Shown: positions 1-8,941 of the stretch, piece after piece
Layout: each line of letters starts with the position of its first letter
How positions within the stretch are numbered: the stretch's first letter is position 1
IMG/VR virus record: IMGVR_UViG_3300005512_000263
Location: 1 to 27,786 of that record
Length of the DNA stretch: 27,786 bases
Strand: one strand, 5' to 3'
From: a virus
Lineage: Duplodnaviria > Caudoviricetes
Made by a program: the position numbers and the translations under genes
The notes under the pieces: generated by a model
Told to the model about the DNA's origin: nothing
Databases searched by the model: none
Seen by the model: the letters and a program-made list of their open reading frames with translations, nothing else

Positions 1-70
1 ATTCAAGCCACCCGATGGTGTCGATGACTTTTAACTTAGTGTGCTTGCACATTTGGTTTGGGCATCTCAT
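1..70 (-). CDS. Partial zinc-ribbon protein (NrdR-N/Ogr-Delta-like), runs off the left edge
   Basis: Hand translation from ATG at 70: MRCPNQMCKHTKLKVIDTIGWLE..., a CPxxxC...VIDT pattern like NrdR/Ogr N-termini. Confidence 0.45.
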   Translation of the reverse strand, partial: MRCPNQMCKHTKLKVIDTIGWLE

Positions 71-167
71 AGCTTGATTATCAAGGGTTTTAACCTTGAC
101 CGCAAAGACTTTGCCGGTGGATTTGATGATTCCACCTATTTTTTTTAATTTTTTTTTTATTTTCTGC

Positions 168-196
168 TTGACATGATGATAATCATGATATAGATT
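168..196 (+). promoter_or_regulatory. Sigma70-type promoter with a palindromic operator in the spacer
   Basis: TTGACA (168-173), 17 bp, TAGATT (191-196); T-rich upstream tract; inverted repeat CATGAT-N4-ATCATG (172-187). Confidence 0.7.
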
Positions 197-202
197 ATGA
201 AC

Positions 203-499
203 ATGAGCGAAACAAAAACATATTATCACGCATCACAAAGAGACTTGCCAATAGGTGAGTCTCTCAAGACTCCTACCGGACATTCAGGAATGGATATCAC
301 ATCTGGTGGCGTCGTTTACATGTGTGATAATCCAGCTGCTTGTAAAAGATACGGCACTGTGTATGAAATAGAATGTACCGAGGCTGTACCGTACAAGTTA
401 CAACTCAAAAAACAGGGCAGAAGCAAAAAACCACGATACACAAGAGGTGTCTTTGTCGCTCTGCCCGAAAAAACACTTATTGTCAGGAAACTGACATAG
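203..499 (+). CDS. Small ADP-ribosyltransferase-like protein (Arr/rifampin-ART-like fold)
   Basis: YYHASQRDLPIGESL resembles Arr FYHGTxxxLxIGDLL; VYM...A..YG.VYEIE is an H-Y-type ART motif order. ATG at 203 lies at the predicted +1 (alternative start 197). Confidence 0.5.
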   Translation: MSETKTYYHASQRDLPIGESLKTPTGHSGMDITSGGVVYMCDNPAACKRYGTVYEIECTEAVPYKLQLKKQGRSKKPRYTRGVFVALPEKTLIVRKLT

Positions 500-537
500 C
501 ATCGGCGAAAAAATATAATGCCGGGAAGGAAATTGAT

Positions 538-861
538 ATGAAGTTAGCTAAAAAAGAAGTCAAAAACCTTAAAAGATTCCTAACTACAGGAATCTTAACT
601 CAAATGACCGCTGAACATGGTTTCGGCGGGTATGAACTCGTTCTCTGGGATGCAGAAACCAGAGAACAAGAACTGTTTATAGTTGACAGGGATACAAAAT
701 ATATCCCTGACAACTGGCATGCTGGCATTTCAAACAGCATGTCGTTTAAATTCGGGGATGATTTGACCCGGACGGGCTTCGCGTCCGAAGAAGCAAAAAG
801 AAAGGTCAGGGACATGTTCCCTGAACAAGCCAAGTTCATAACCTGGGCATGGTACAACTAA
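538..861 (+). CDS. Hypothetical phage protein
   Basis: ATG at 538 after GGAAGGA RBS, inside track ORF 373..861. Confidence 0.65.
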   Translation: MKLAKKEVKNLKRFLTTGILTQMTAEHGFGGYELVLWDAETREQELFIVDRDTKYIPDNWHAGISNSMSFKFGDDLTRTGFASEEAKRKVRDMFPEQAKFITWAWYN

Positions 862-892
862 TGCCCAGAGGCGGAAACCTATTAATCAACCC

Positions 893-922
893 GCCCCGGT
901 TCGCCGGGGCAATAAAGGAGAT
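893..922 (+). repeat. UUCG hairpin + RBS intergenic motif, copy 1
   Basis: GCCCCGG-TTCG-CCGGGGC-AATAAAGGAGAT; near-identical copy at 1256-1282. Confidence 0.8.
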
Positions 923-928
923 TGAAAA

Positions 929-1249
929 ATGAAAACAAGACTTATTGTGTCCTCTGGACAGTATGAGCAGGCTGCCATAACCGTTACTGTCAACCACAAA
1001 ACCTGGTCGGGTCTTTGTCGTCGGATAACACAGCTCGAAAAAAAACACGCGGTGTATGGTGATAACTGGGCAGGCTGGATTAAAGCCCGTGTCGCACTTG
1101 CTGATGCTGACAAGGACCGTTGGTGGGATAACGTTGTCATAGGCGGGAGGTGGTGCTCCCCTGGAAACGGATGGTTGACAGAGCATCCTGACATAGAAGA
1201 GTCTATGTATATGACATATCCGGAATTAAAAGCAACTCTCGGACTATAA
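929..1249 (+). CDS. Hypothetical phage protein
   Basis: 106-aa ORF with strong AAGGAG RBS. Confidence 0.75.
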   Translation: MKTRLIVSSGQYEQAAITVTVNHKTWSGLCRRITQLEKKHAVYGDNWAGWIKARVALADADKDRWWDNVVIGGRWCSPGNGWLTEHPDIEESMYMTYPELKATLGL

Positions 1250-1255
1250 AACACA

Positions 1256-1282
1256 GCCCGGTTCGCCGGGGCAAAAGGAGAT
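1256..1282 (+). repeat. UUCG hairpin + RBS intergenic motif, copy 2
   Basis: GCCCGG-TTCG-CCGGGGC-AAAAGGAGAT. Confidence 0.8.
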
Positions 1283-1288
1283 AAAATA

Positions 1289-1591
1289 ATGAAAAAACTT
1301 TGTGATAGATGCGGTTCCGCATCGAATGGAATGATTGGAATTGGGGCAGCAAGGCTTTGTCGTGTTTGTGATGTCGAAATACGACCAGACATTGAAGCAC
1401 TCAGAAACGCAGGAAAGCCTGTAAATGTGTTACAAATAGCAAGGAAACACTTCAAAGAAAACTTTGCTGGCGGCACATATCCCTTGCGGGATATCCCTGC
1501 TGATCTTGAGCATAAATGGAAAGAACGCGCACTGAAAGATAATTGCAATCAACGAGACGTTTTATTGGCTGCCCTTGTCGAATATTTGTAA
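1289..1591 (+). CDS. Zinc-finger plus C-terminal ribbon-helix-helix DNA-binding protein
   Basis: CDRC...CRVC, then YPLRDIPADLEHKWKERA...NQRDVLLAALVEYL, an RHH pattern. Confidence 0.6.
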   Translation: MKKLCDRCGSASNGMIGIGAARLCRVCDVEIRPDIEALRNAGKPVNVLQIARKHFKENFAGGTYPLRDIPADLEHKWKERALKDNCNQRDVLLAALVEYL

Positions 1592-1619
1592 TAATTCTCT
1601 ACCATCTTAATCTTTTCCC

Positions 1620-1690
1620 GGCCCTGTTTTTCAGGGCCTTTTCTTTACCAACAAGAAGCCCCCGGCAAAGACCGGGGGTTTTTGTTTTTA
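1620..1690 (+). terminator. Tandem intrinsic terminators between convergent operons
   Basis: GGCCCTG/CAGGGCC followed by TTTT, and AGCCCCCGG/CCGGGGGTT followed by a T-tract. Confidence 0.75.
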
Positions 1691-1708
1691 AAGTTTATAT
1701 ATTATTAA

Positions 1709-1766
1709 GTTTAACGCTTAAATAACCGGCGCGGCTTTTTGCGTCCGGTTGATTGGTTGGTTATAT
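1709..1766 (-). mobile_element. Canonical integron attC site (58 bp) closing the left MTase cassette
   Basis: Minus strand ATATAAC-CAACCAAT-[C]-AACCGG-[A]-CGC-loop-GCG-CCGGTT-ATTTAAGC-GTTAAAC; AAC/GTTRRRY cores and two extrahelical bases at attC positions. Confidence 0.85.
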
Positions 1767-2482
1767 TGCGCACCTTCGATTCTCTGTTTTGCGATTTCAA
1801 AATACTTTTCGTCAAGTTCAATGCCAATGAAATCACGGTTTAAGTTTTTACAGGCAACACCTGTTGTTCCTGAACCCATGCAGTTATCAAGAACGGTATC
1901 GCCTTTATTGGTATAGGTTTTGATTAGGTATTCGATTAAGGCTACGGGTTTTTGGGTTGGGTGCAGCTTGCCTTTCTGTACGCTAGTGTTAAATCGTTGT
2001 ATTGTTGTTGGATATTTTCCTTCCAATTTTCTTGTTTTACCGTCATGAGAGGTCATAGAGGACGAACCGCTTAAAGATGCTTTTTTTCTTGTATAAATTC
2101 TGGGTTTGTCTCTTGGTGTCATTCGTGGGTAATATTTTGTTTTCCCTTTGCCAAAAACGCATATATCTTCATGATTGCCCATCGGTCTGAATTTGGCGTA
2201 ACCGTGCCCCACTGGCAGCGATTTTTCAAAAACCCATTGATACTTAAAAAACTTTCTGTTGCTCATAACTAAAGTAGATGTAAACGGCTGACTTGCAAAT
2301 AAAACAATAGCAGCATTGTCCTTACATATTCGCTTGTAATGGTGCCAAAGCATATCAAGGGGTAATACGGTATCCCACTTGCAGGCCGTTGTCCCGTACG
2401 GCATGTCACAACAAACCATATCCACGCTACGGTCTGGAATATCGAACATCTCCTTCAAGCAATCGCCGTGTATCAGTTTCAT
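1718..2482 (-). CDS. DNA amino-methyltransferase (N6A/N4C, beta class), gene cassette
   Basis: DMPY catalytic motif, HPTQKP, VLDNCMGSGTTG SAM motif, FIGIELD; C-terminal tail reads through the attC. Confidence 0.95.
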   Translation of the reverse strand: MKLIHGDCLKEMFDIPDRSVDMVCCDMPYGTTACKWDTVLPLDMLWHHYKRICKDNAAIVLFASQPFTSTLVMSNRKFFKYQWVFEKSLPVGHGYAKFRPMGNHEDICVFGKGKTKYYPRMTPRDKPRIYTRKKASLSGSSSMTSHDGKTRKLEGKYPTTIQRFNTSVQKGKLHPTQKPVALIEYLIKTYTNKGDTVLDNCMGSGTTGVACKNLNRDFIGIELDEKYFEIAKQRIEGAQYNQPINRTQKAAPVI

Positions 2483-2509
2483 TTTACCTCGTATCCCGTT
2501 TAGCGATAT

Positions 2510-2570
2510 AATAAGTGATTATACAGACCTGGAAAGCACTCATTTTGTAATGTTATCCAGGCAGGTTTAT
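2510..2570 (-). mobile_element. attI-like cassette insertion platform (left)
   Basis: ATAAACCTGCCTGGATAACAT-N18-CAGGTCTGTATAATCACTTA|TT; same layout as 15154-15214; the sequence after the junction (TTATATCGC) nearly complements the cassette's R'' (GCAATATAAC). Confidence 0.7.
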
Positions 2571-2585
2571 ACATAATAAAGTTGA

Positions 2586-2783
2586 TCACACGCCCATCAA
2601 AAGCCATAAGACAAGCCCTATGAAGGATGCGTACACGATCCCGACGACAAATCCGTTGATGAATCCAAGGTCGTATTCAATTCTCATTTCAAAATCCCCC
2701 ACTCCAGGCACAGTTTCAGGTACATTGTGATATATCCATATTCCGTTGTTGCTGCCTGGCACTGCCACATAATCCAGTACCAC
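2586..2783 (-). CDS. Small hypothetical membrane protein
   Basis: C-terminal hydrophobic helix; same strand as the operon; start uncertain. Confidence 0.45.
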   Translation of the reverse strand: MVLDYVAVPGSNNGIWIYHNVPETVPGVGDFEMRIEYDLGFINGFVVGIVYASFIGLVLWLLMGV

Positions 2784-2805
2784 AACATTCTATTTTTTCC
2801 CTGTT

Positions 2806-3096
2806 TCATTTTTTGTATCCCCTCGGTATCCACTCTCTCAGGTCATAGCCATACCAGCAGCAATCCGCGCACACGACCTCAGTCAGGACCACATTTTCTG
2901 AAAGGTTCGGCCTGGTTCTTATCCGTCGCATTGGTCCGCCACACTCAGTACATTTGCGCCATGGTTTTGACCGGGAGAAGTGAGAATATCCATGGGTGAC
3001 GCATTCCACCGGGTTAAAACAAAGCTCTGTTCTCAGCTTTGCACATTCTCCGCATGATTTTTTTTGTGGGAACGCATCAGATCCGGACATAATCAC
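2806..3096 (-). CDS. Cys-rich hypothetical protein (several CxxC)
   Basis: CGEC, CTEC, CADC motifs. Confidence 0.55.
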   Translation of the reverse strand: MIMSGSDAFPQKKSCGECAKLRTELCFNPVECVTHGYSHFSRSKPWRKCTECGGPMRRIRTRPNLSENVVLTEVVCADCCWYGYDLREWIPRGYKK

Positions 3097-3259
3097 GCCA
3101 ACCTTCCGGCAAGGAGTTCAAGTTCCCATAAAATTTGTTCAGAGACAACCTCCTTTTTCTTTTTTGTTTTCCGTGCAAGCTCATGTGTTCAGACAAAGAC
3201 ATAATTTTTTCGGTCATTCTTTTGACTGTTTCCCTGGCTGTTTTTTGCATGTTTCAACC

Positions 3260-3545
3260 TCTATTTTTTTATTTTTTTGTACGTACACAACCCCCTTAAT
3301 ACACACACCCCAGAAAAAGAGATAAAATAAGGGAAGTTGTGTTAGGGTTGTATATTCGTACGTAGTATATAATAGATATATATATATATTAGTGTTTATA
3401 GTGTTCTTCGTATTTTTTAACACGTACAAAAATAAGTACGGATTGGTACAAAAAAAACAATGTTCTTTTTGTGATTGTATTGTTTTTAAAAAAAATCCGT
3501 ACGAGTTCGTACTAATTTTGAACGTGTTTTTGAACGTGTTCTTGT
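3260..3545. other. Putative phage replication origin
   Basis: Very AT-rich intergenic region downstream of primase; TA run, clustered GTAC/CGTAC motifs, direct repeat TTTTGAACGTGTT x2. Confidence 0.45.
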
Positions 3546-5681
3546 TCATAAATTTGTTTTCTTTGGGAGATGATATTGAGTCGATCTTTCACCCTCTTTT
3601 GTGATAATCTCACCACGTTTTTTTAAAACACCAATTACAGATTCAGAGTGTTTTTGTGGCCAATTTTTTAATTGAGTTTTCCGGGTAGCCATATATGCAA
3701 AAGTTGGGGTTCGCCCTGCGCGAATAGCCATTTTAATGGCTGCCTTAAATGTCTCACAATCCCGATGAAAATCACCAGATACAATTTTGTCTGATAACAC
3801 GTTTGACTTCCATCCACCGAGCATTTCCGCTATTAAAATCCCATATTGAATATCTTTACCTGTTATTTTAGATAATAACTTTTTAGCCTTGTTGGTTGCT
3901 GCGTGATGGATCAGGGCGTATTTAAGACACAGATCAAACCGCCTGGAAATAAACCCTGTTAATCCGTCCGATTGCGCCTTGTTAGCCTCTGTTGTAATAT
4001 AATCGCTGTATTCCTTGATGTATATTAATGCCTTGTCATCCACCTGTAATTCAACGCATCCTTTTATAAGCTCCGCAAGGGTTGACTCTGGCGGCACAAA
4101 CTGTATTCTTTGTCTCAACTCATTTACAAACTTTTTTGTTTTTGGATAATAAGAGCTATTGATTAACAGCGGTTTCGGTTTAATTTCGCCGTCATAAACC
4201 CAAAAATCAAACCTCTGCATTAACCCTGTTTCAAAATCTTTTAGTTGGATTGCGTCGAAAATGACAGGAGTTGCATTGCCGATCAGAGAAAAACATGGGT
4301 TATGGATATCTATAGAATTTTTTGAATCACCGAAACCTTTTTTAAAACTTTCACCGGACCTGGAGAACACATCAAGCAGGGCTGCGCTTTTGCTTTCAGC
4401 CACCATATCAACCCCACCTTTGTTATTGTTTCTCTGGAAAAGACTTGTCACTTCATCGAAGAATCCCATTCCTTGTGGATTTTCTGAAATTGCTCTCCAT
4501 AGACCCGCGCCACTGGCTATATCGTTAAGGCTGATAAAATTCTCGATATCAAGGCATCTTAAAAACTTTCTATCCGTTGCTGTTTTGCCGGTACTGGTCC
4601 CGCCTACCTTAATATTAAAAACATTGGGATACACTCCGTTCAGGCTTGTTTTACCGGCGATTGACCTTGATATGACTGTTAATACCAATGGTAAACTGTA
4701 TTGCAGGATATCACCTTCCAAGGCTTCAAGACCCTGTGATATTAACCCTTCTACGATAGCTCCATTGGGTATCTGTGTTGAAAAATCCTCGAACATACAA
4801 TCTTCAATAGACATAACTTCAATGGTTTCAAGCTGTGATATTTCATGCCTGACTGCATTTAACCCGATTTCAACAGCCATATCGTTAAAGTCTGAACCGT
4901 TTATTCCGGTAGGCCAGACACAAGACAATCCAAGCTCAAAGGCTACTTTCTTGCCTGTTTCGATCCCTACGTTCTTTTCTTTTTTATGGTCGTTATCGGC
5001 ACATATGATTATCTTGCTGTTCTTGAACTTTTCTATTGCAGATTTAGCCACCTTTTCTATGTTGCCAGCGTTCATTGCGCATAATGTTTTGAATCCGGTA
5101 GCTAAATTAATACTGACACCAGTAGCGAACCCTTCACAAATACAAATAATGCTATCATCACCCTTGATTGGATAGCAGCATCCACCAACGACACCACCCG
5201 TCATAAACTGCTTTCTTCCGTTATTGTTTATCGTTTGATAACTATTGATAACTCCGCATGGGTTATATAAAGGTATGACAATCAGGTTGTTAATTCTAAG
5301 CGTTTTATATTTGCTGATTTGTTTTTTTTGTAAATATGGATGATGTTCTACGCTTTCAATAGCCTTTGATATAAATTTTAGTGCCCTTTCCTGTCCTGAT
5401 TTTTCCCTTTCCTCGAACTCTTTTATTCTGGCATATTCAAGTGCTTCCCACATTTTATGGTTTGTTGTCCCGGTCCCGTTTAGCGTTGAACACCGACCCT
5501 GTTCACCACGGACCCAACACCCGTAATTACAATAATATTGCCCGTTAAATTCTTTAATTGCATACCAACCGTCTTTGTTTTTTTTTGGTTTTGCCGCACT
5601 GCTGCATCTATGAATATTCCCATCGATGATAAAATTGTCAGATAGTCCAAAACTATTTAACGTATTAATAATTTCTTGCAT
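3546..5681 (-). CDS. TOPRIM primase fused to a DUF3987/P-loop helicase-like domain
   Basis: ICEGFATG, ICADND, DFND TOPRIM motifs; GGTSTGKT Walker A and FFDE Walker B. Confidence 0.9.
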   Translation of the reverse strand: MQEIINTLNSFGLSDNFIIDGNIHRCSSAAKPKKNKDGWYAIKEFNGQYYCNYGCWVRGEQGRCSTLNGTGTTNHKMWEALEYARIKEFEEREKSGQERALKFISKAIESVEHHPYLQKKQISKYKTLRINNLIVIPLYNPCGVINSYQTINNNGRKQFMTGGVVGGCCYPIKGDDSIICICEGFATGVSINLATGFKTLCAMNAGNIEKVAKSAIEKFKNSKIIICADNDHKKEKNVGIETGKKVAFELGLSCVWPTGINGSDFNDMAVEIGLNAVRHEISQLETIEVMSIEDCMFEDFSTQIPNGAIVEGLISQGLEALEGDILQYSLPLVLTVISRSIAGKTSLNGVYPNVFNIKVGGTSTGKTATDRKFLRCLDIENFISLNDIASGAGLWRAISENPQGMGFFDEVTSLFQRNNNKGGVDMVAESKSAALLDVFSRSGESFKKGFGDSKNSIDIHNPCFSLIGNATPVIFDAIQLKDFETGLMQRFDFWVYDGEIKPKPLLINSSYYPKTKKFVNELRQRIQFVPPESTLAELIKGCVELQVDDKALIYIKEYSDYITTEANKAQSDGLTGFISRRFDLCLKYALIHHAATNKAKKLLSKITGKDIQYGILIAEMLGGWKSNVLSDKIVSGDFHRDCETFKAAIKMAIRAGRTPTFAYMATRKTQLKNWPQKHSESVIGVLKKRGEIITKEGERSTQYHLPKKTNL

Positions 5682-5692
5682 GGGTATCCTTT

Positions 5693-7375
5693 TTAAAATG
5701 GGATCTCATCGTCATAGCTCATTGCAAATTCAATTTCGGCGTCTTCAGCGACGACCTCTTGGATTTCAGGGTATCTACCATTAATATCTACAAGTATATT
5801 TGTAGGATTTTTAAAATTTGATTCCATGAACTCATCAACTGACATCGGGAACGGATCGTTGGATATTGTCTCCCATGTTTTGCGTGCTTTTTGCACCGCA
5901 AATCCTGAATAATTATCAGGGAAACATAACCAAAGGAAAACTTGTCCAGGTTTATATGCAGTCTCCTGATATATATATGTTATTTTCCCGAGTTCTTTAC
6001 CGCTTTTTTTACTTGTATGTACCTCGATATTCCAATCTATTACCGCATATATGACAGGATCTGCCGGAACGATTGCGCTGAATTCTACATTTTTCATTTT
6101 CGGCAATGCTTCAGCAACGATACATTCTTTTTCTGGCCATTCAAAGCCGCACTCGGAACATTCCCTCAATGCAATATGGACCTCAGATTCACAATTTGGG
6201 CAAATCTTCAACATCCCACGTTCTTTTTCAATCGTTTTTTCAACTGATTTGGGTATTGTGATTTTAACATTATCCAGGTCTGTCCCGAACCTGGAAGTAT
6301 TATCTGTCAAATCAAGTAAAAACCCGTGGTCTTTCCCCTCATATGTTCGCAAAACCCTTCCGACGGCCTGAAGGTATAAAGCCGCTGACAATGTGGGTCG
6401 ACAAAATACAATCGCCTGTAACCTGGGAAGATCGTACCCTTCTAAAAGGATTTCAACAGAAACCATTATCCTTTTTTGCCCGGATTCCCACACCATCATA
6501 TTTGATTGGCGGTCTAAATCATTAAGTTGACTATGGACAATTGTTGAATCATGCAGCATTGAGTGAAGTTTTTCGGCATGGTCGATATTTACACAGACGA
6601 TACAGATACAGTCGTAGCCCTGACAATAACTATCAATAGCCTCTATACAGGTGTTCAAATGGATTTCACGGGTGACTATTTCTCCAAGCTGATCAATTAC
6701 ATAGTCTCCATTAACAGATACCCCGGCTAGGTCTTTTTCTAAAGATTCATGGGCAGCGACAACGCCTTTCAATGGTACAAGGTGACCCTCTTGTCTAAGT
6801 TCCTCATATGTGATTTTGTGATTACAGACAGGGAAAAGGTTTTGTGCGCCTTTTTTGATCTTGTTTCCATAGCAATATCCAAGACCAAGCCGGAATGGTG
6901 TTGCCGTTATACCTAATATCCGGCTGTTCGGACGTTGTAGCCGTAAATATTCAATGACCTGTTTGTATTGAGTGTTACCGGTGACATCTATCCTATGGCA
7001 CTCATCTATAATGATAAGCCCTGCGCCTGTCGTATATTGTTCCTTCATGTTAGAGAAGGTTTGAATAGATGCAATTGTAATTTGTCTGTCCAAACGCTTA
7101 TTTTGCAATCCTGCACAACAAACGCCGATATGACGGAAATGTATGTCTGTGAATTGTTGAAAAGCATTTTTGAATTGTGAGATCAGTTCTCTTTTGTGGG
7201 CAAGGATTAAAAAATTCATTCCAGGGTTTTCATTTTTAAGCCGTTGAATTAACCTGACGGACATAAATGTTTTTCCGGAACCCATGATGCCTGATAATAA
7301 AACATCCTGCATTATCTGAAGGTCTGAATATATTTTATCCAGGGCTTTCGTCTGATATGGCCGGGCTTCTATCAT
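5693..7375 (-). CDS. SF2 DEAD/DEAH helicase with Zn ribbon (RadD/YejH-like phage helicase)
   Basis: RPYQ, GSGKT, DECH, TAT, QAVGRVLR; CPNC...CSEC; acidic DDEIPF tail. Confidence 0.93.
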   Translation of the reverse strand: MIEARPYQTKALDKIYSDLQIMQDVLLSGIMGSGKTFMSVRLIQRLKNENPGMNFLILAHKRELISQFKNAFQQFTDIHFRHIGVCCAGLQNKRLDRQITIASIQTFSNMKEQYTTGAGLIIIDECHRIDVTGNTQYKQVIEYLRLQRPNSRILGITATPFRLGLGYCYGNKIKKGAQNLFPVCNHKITYEELRQEGHLVPLKGVVAAHESLEKDLAGVSVNGDYVIDQLGEIVTREIHLNTCIEAIDSYCQGYDCICIVCVNIDHAEKLHSMLHDSTIVHSQLNDLDRQSNMMVWESGQKRIMVSVEILLEGYDLPRLQAIVFCRPTLSAALYLQAVGRVLRTYEGKDHGFLLDLTDNTSRFGTDLDNVKITIPKSVEKTIEKERGMLKICPNCESEVHIALRECSECGFEWPEKECIVAEALPKMKNVEFSAIVPADPVIYAVIDWNIEVHTSKKSGKELGKITYIYQETAYKPGQVFLWLCFPDNYSGFAVQKARKTWETISNDPFPMSVDEFMESNFKNPTNILVDINGRYPEIQEVVAEDAEIEFAMSYDDEIPF

Positions 7376-7686
7376 AACGGCAATATTTCCTTAACGTCTG
7401 ATATACTCCTGACAACATGGTAACTTCCACCGGCTGCCCTTATCTCCTGCTCTGCTTTTTTTTGATTTTGAGATTGCCGGCCTGTTTTTGTTTTTACCTC
7501 AAGTCCAATGAATTGCCCCATGTAAGAAACCACAATATCCGGGAGCCCAGGGCGACCGGTTTTAAAAAAACGGCCTTGTTGGGTTTTAACCGCACCAGCT
7601 CCGGCCCGGAAATAATAGACAGGTTTAGACCTGGAAAGGAGTTCCAGGTAGTCAAGTATCCCTTTTTGAATGACTGATTCTTTCAT
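7372..7686 (-). CDS. VRR-NUC domain nuclease
   Basis: ESVIQ...GLPDI...LEVK...GRQSQNQ. Confidence 0.9.
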   Translation of the reverse strand: MKESVIQKGILDYLELLSRSKPVYYFRAGAGAVKTQQGRFFKTGRPGLPDIVVSYMGQFIGLEVKTKTGRQSQNQKKAEQEIRAAGGSYHVVRSISDVKEILPL

Positions 7687-8399
7687 TTAAAACACTCTCC
7701 GTAAAAATCGCACCATTTGGCTTCCCAATGATCAACCCTTGGACAAGTCCTCTCGGGTATATTTTTTGAAATAGCAACGAAAACATCCTGCAGCCTATCA
7801 ATAATCCAGTCTTTGTTTAGTTTGATGCGTTCCTGGTAAAGTGTTGAATCATTTTTGTTATAGACAAGGACGAAAATATTTTTAAGGTCCATCGCCAAGG
7901 CATAGGCATGGATTTGGAATCTATATTGTTCGTTGTATGACTCATAACCATCTTTTAAGAGTTTTTTAAAACCCTTGTCGTTCATCGTCTTACATTCGAA
8001 AAGATGAGGTTTGCTTGACTCGATCAGCCCATTAACAACCCCGTCAATATGCCCTTTTAATGTGATTCCGTTATAATCAAAAGAAACATTGTGTTGATCT
8101 TGAGTTATGGAAACCCCGGCCTGTGCCAGATCGAACATCATTTGTTTTTCTACAAGATTCCCCATTTGGAATAATCTTAAGATACGTCCATCAATTGGTT
8201 TCCCCTGGTATCCATGATGCTTGTACCAGCAATATCTATGACACTTATGCCCTGCTTGGCTTAATCCCAGGTGGCTACGTTCAGCCCTGTTGGCTTCATA
8301 GGCAAGATCAACCGCCTTGACTGTGCTGGTTTCGTTTATAACTTCTGCGAGATTCGTCATATTTGTCCCATATTTATTGTCTGATATTGCCATCATCAT
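7683..8399 (-). CDS. Cas4-like PD-(D/E)xK phage exonuclease
   Basis: CHR, GHIDG, ECKT, QIHAY and C-terminal C..C..C cluster ligands. Confidence 0.85.
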   Translation of the reverse strand: MMMAISDNKYGTNMTNLAEVINETSTVKAVDLAYEANRAERSHLGLSQAGHKCHRYCWYKHHGYQGKPIDGRILRLFQMGNLVEKQMMFDLAQAGVSITQDQHNVSFDYNGITLKGHIDGVVNGLIESSKPHLFECKTMNDKGFKKLLKDGYESYNEQYRFQIHAYALAMDLKNIFVLVYNKNDSTLYQERIKLNKDWIIDRLQDVFVAISKNIPERTCPRVDHWEAKWCDFYGECFK

Positions 8400-8412
8400 A
8401 ACTCACCACCAA

Positions 8413-8442
8413 TAAAAGATGCCGCCCCGGTTAAAGGGCGGC
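8413..8442 (-). terminator. Hairpin/weak terminator after the SSB gene
   Basis: GCCGCCC/GGGCGGC stem followed on the minus strand by ATCTTTT. Confidence 0.5.
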
Positions 8443-8449
8443 GATAATA

Positions 8450-8941
8450 TTACCAACCGCTTGCGGCTTGCTGCTGTCCCTGTGGTTGCGTCATTTGCTG
8501 CTGAGATGCTGCCGGGATTGCAGTATCTGATGGTTCATATTTTTTGATTTTGTTGCTCTTCAGTTTGTTTCCGGTGTTGTTGGAGGTGAATTCTTCCACC
8601 TGGACCGTGACAACCATCGGTTTTCCCATCAATCCGTTGGTATTCTGGGGCGGATACGGAACCTGGCATAGATTGCAGATCCGCTTTAACGTCCCCTGTC
8701 CAATCGCCTGGCACTGTGCAGACGGGTTTGTTATATTAATATTGTCAGTCAGTATTTCAGATGCGTACTGACCTTCGACGACCTGAAGTTTAATTCCAAG
8801 GATTTTCCCGGTATTGTTCTTGTTATCCTTGAGCTCATCGGACACGATACAGGCACGGTATTTGCCAGCAGGGAGGACAGTGAACCCACCGTCCGATTCT
8901 TTAACATTTGGATCTAAGTTTACGCCTGTGAAATCAGTCAT
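8450..8941 (-). CDS. DUF669-family phage single-stranded DNA-binding protein
   Basis: LPAGKY...OB-fold pattern...NKIKKY, Q-rich tail ending in W; adjacent to Sak4. Confidence 0.85.
   Translation of the reverse strand: MTDFTGVNLDPNVKESDGGFTVLPAGKYRACIVSDELKDNKNNTGKILGIKLQVVEGQYASEILTDNINITNPSAQCQAIGQGTLKRICNLCQVPYPPQNTNGLMGKPMVVTVQVEEFTSNNTGNKLKSNKIKKYEPSDTAIPAASQQQMTQPQGQQQAASGW

Noticed and set aside
3093-3250. Frameshifted small gene (MQKTARETVK... joined to ...EQILWELELLAGRLA) on the minus strand
   Set aside because: Plausible from the RBS and stop overlap, but too short and without a recognisable motif to support
4261-5175. 304-aa plus-strand ORF and other antisense ORFs (e.g. 886-1548, 13334-13801, 26080-26935)
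   Set aside because: Shadow frames of well-supported genes on the opposite strand
7683-8399. Cas4-like gene as part of a CRISPR-Cas system
   Set aside because: It sits in a standard Sak4-SSB-nuclease-helicase module with no cas1/cas2 or array
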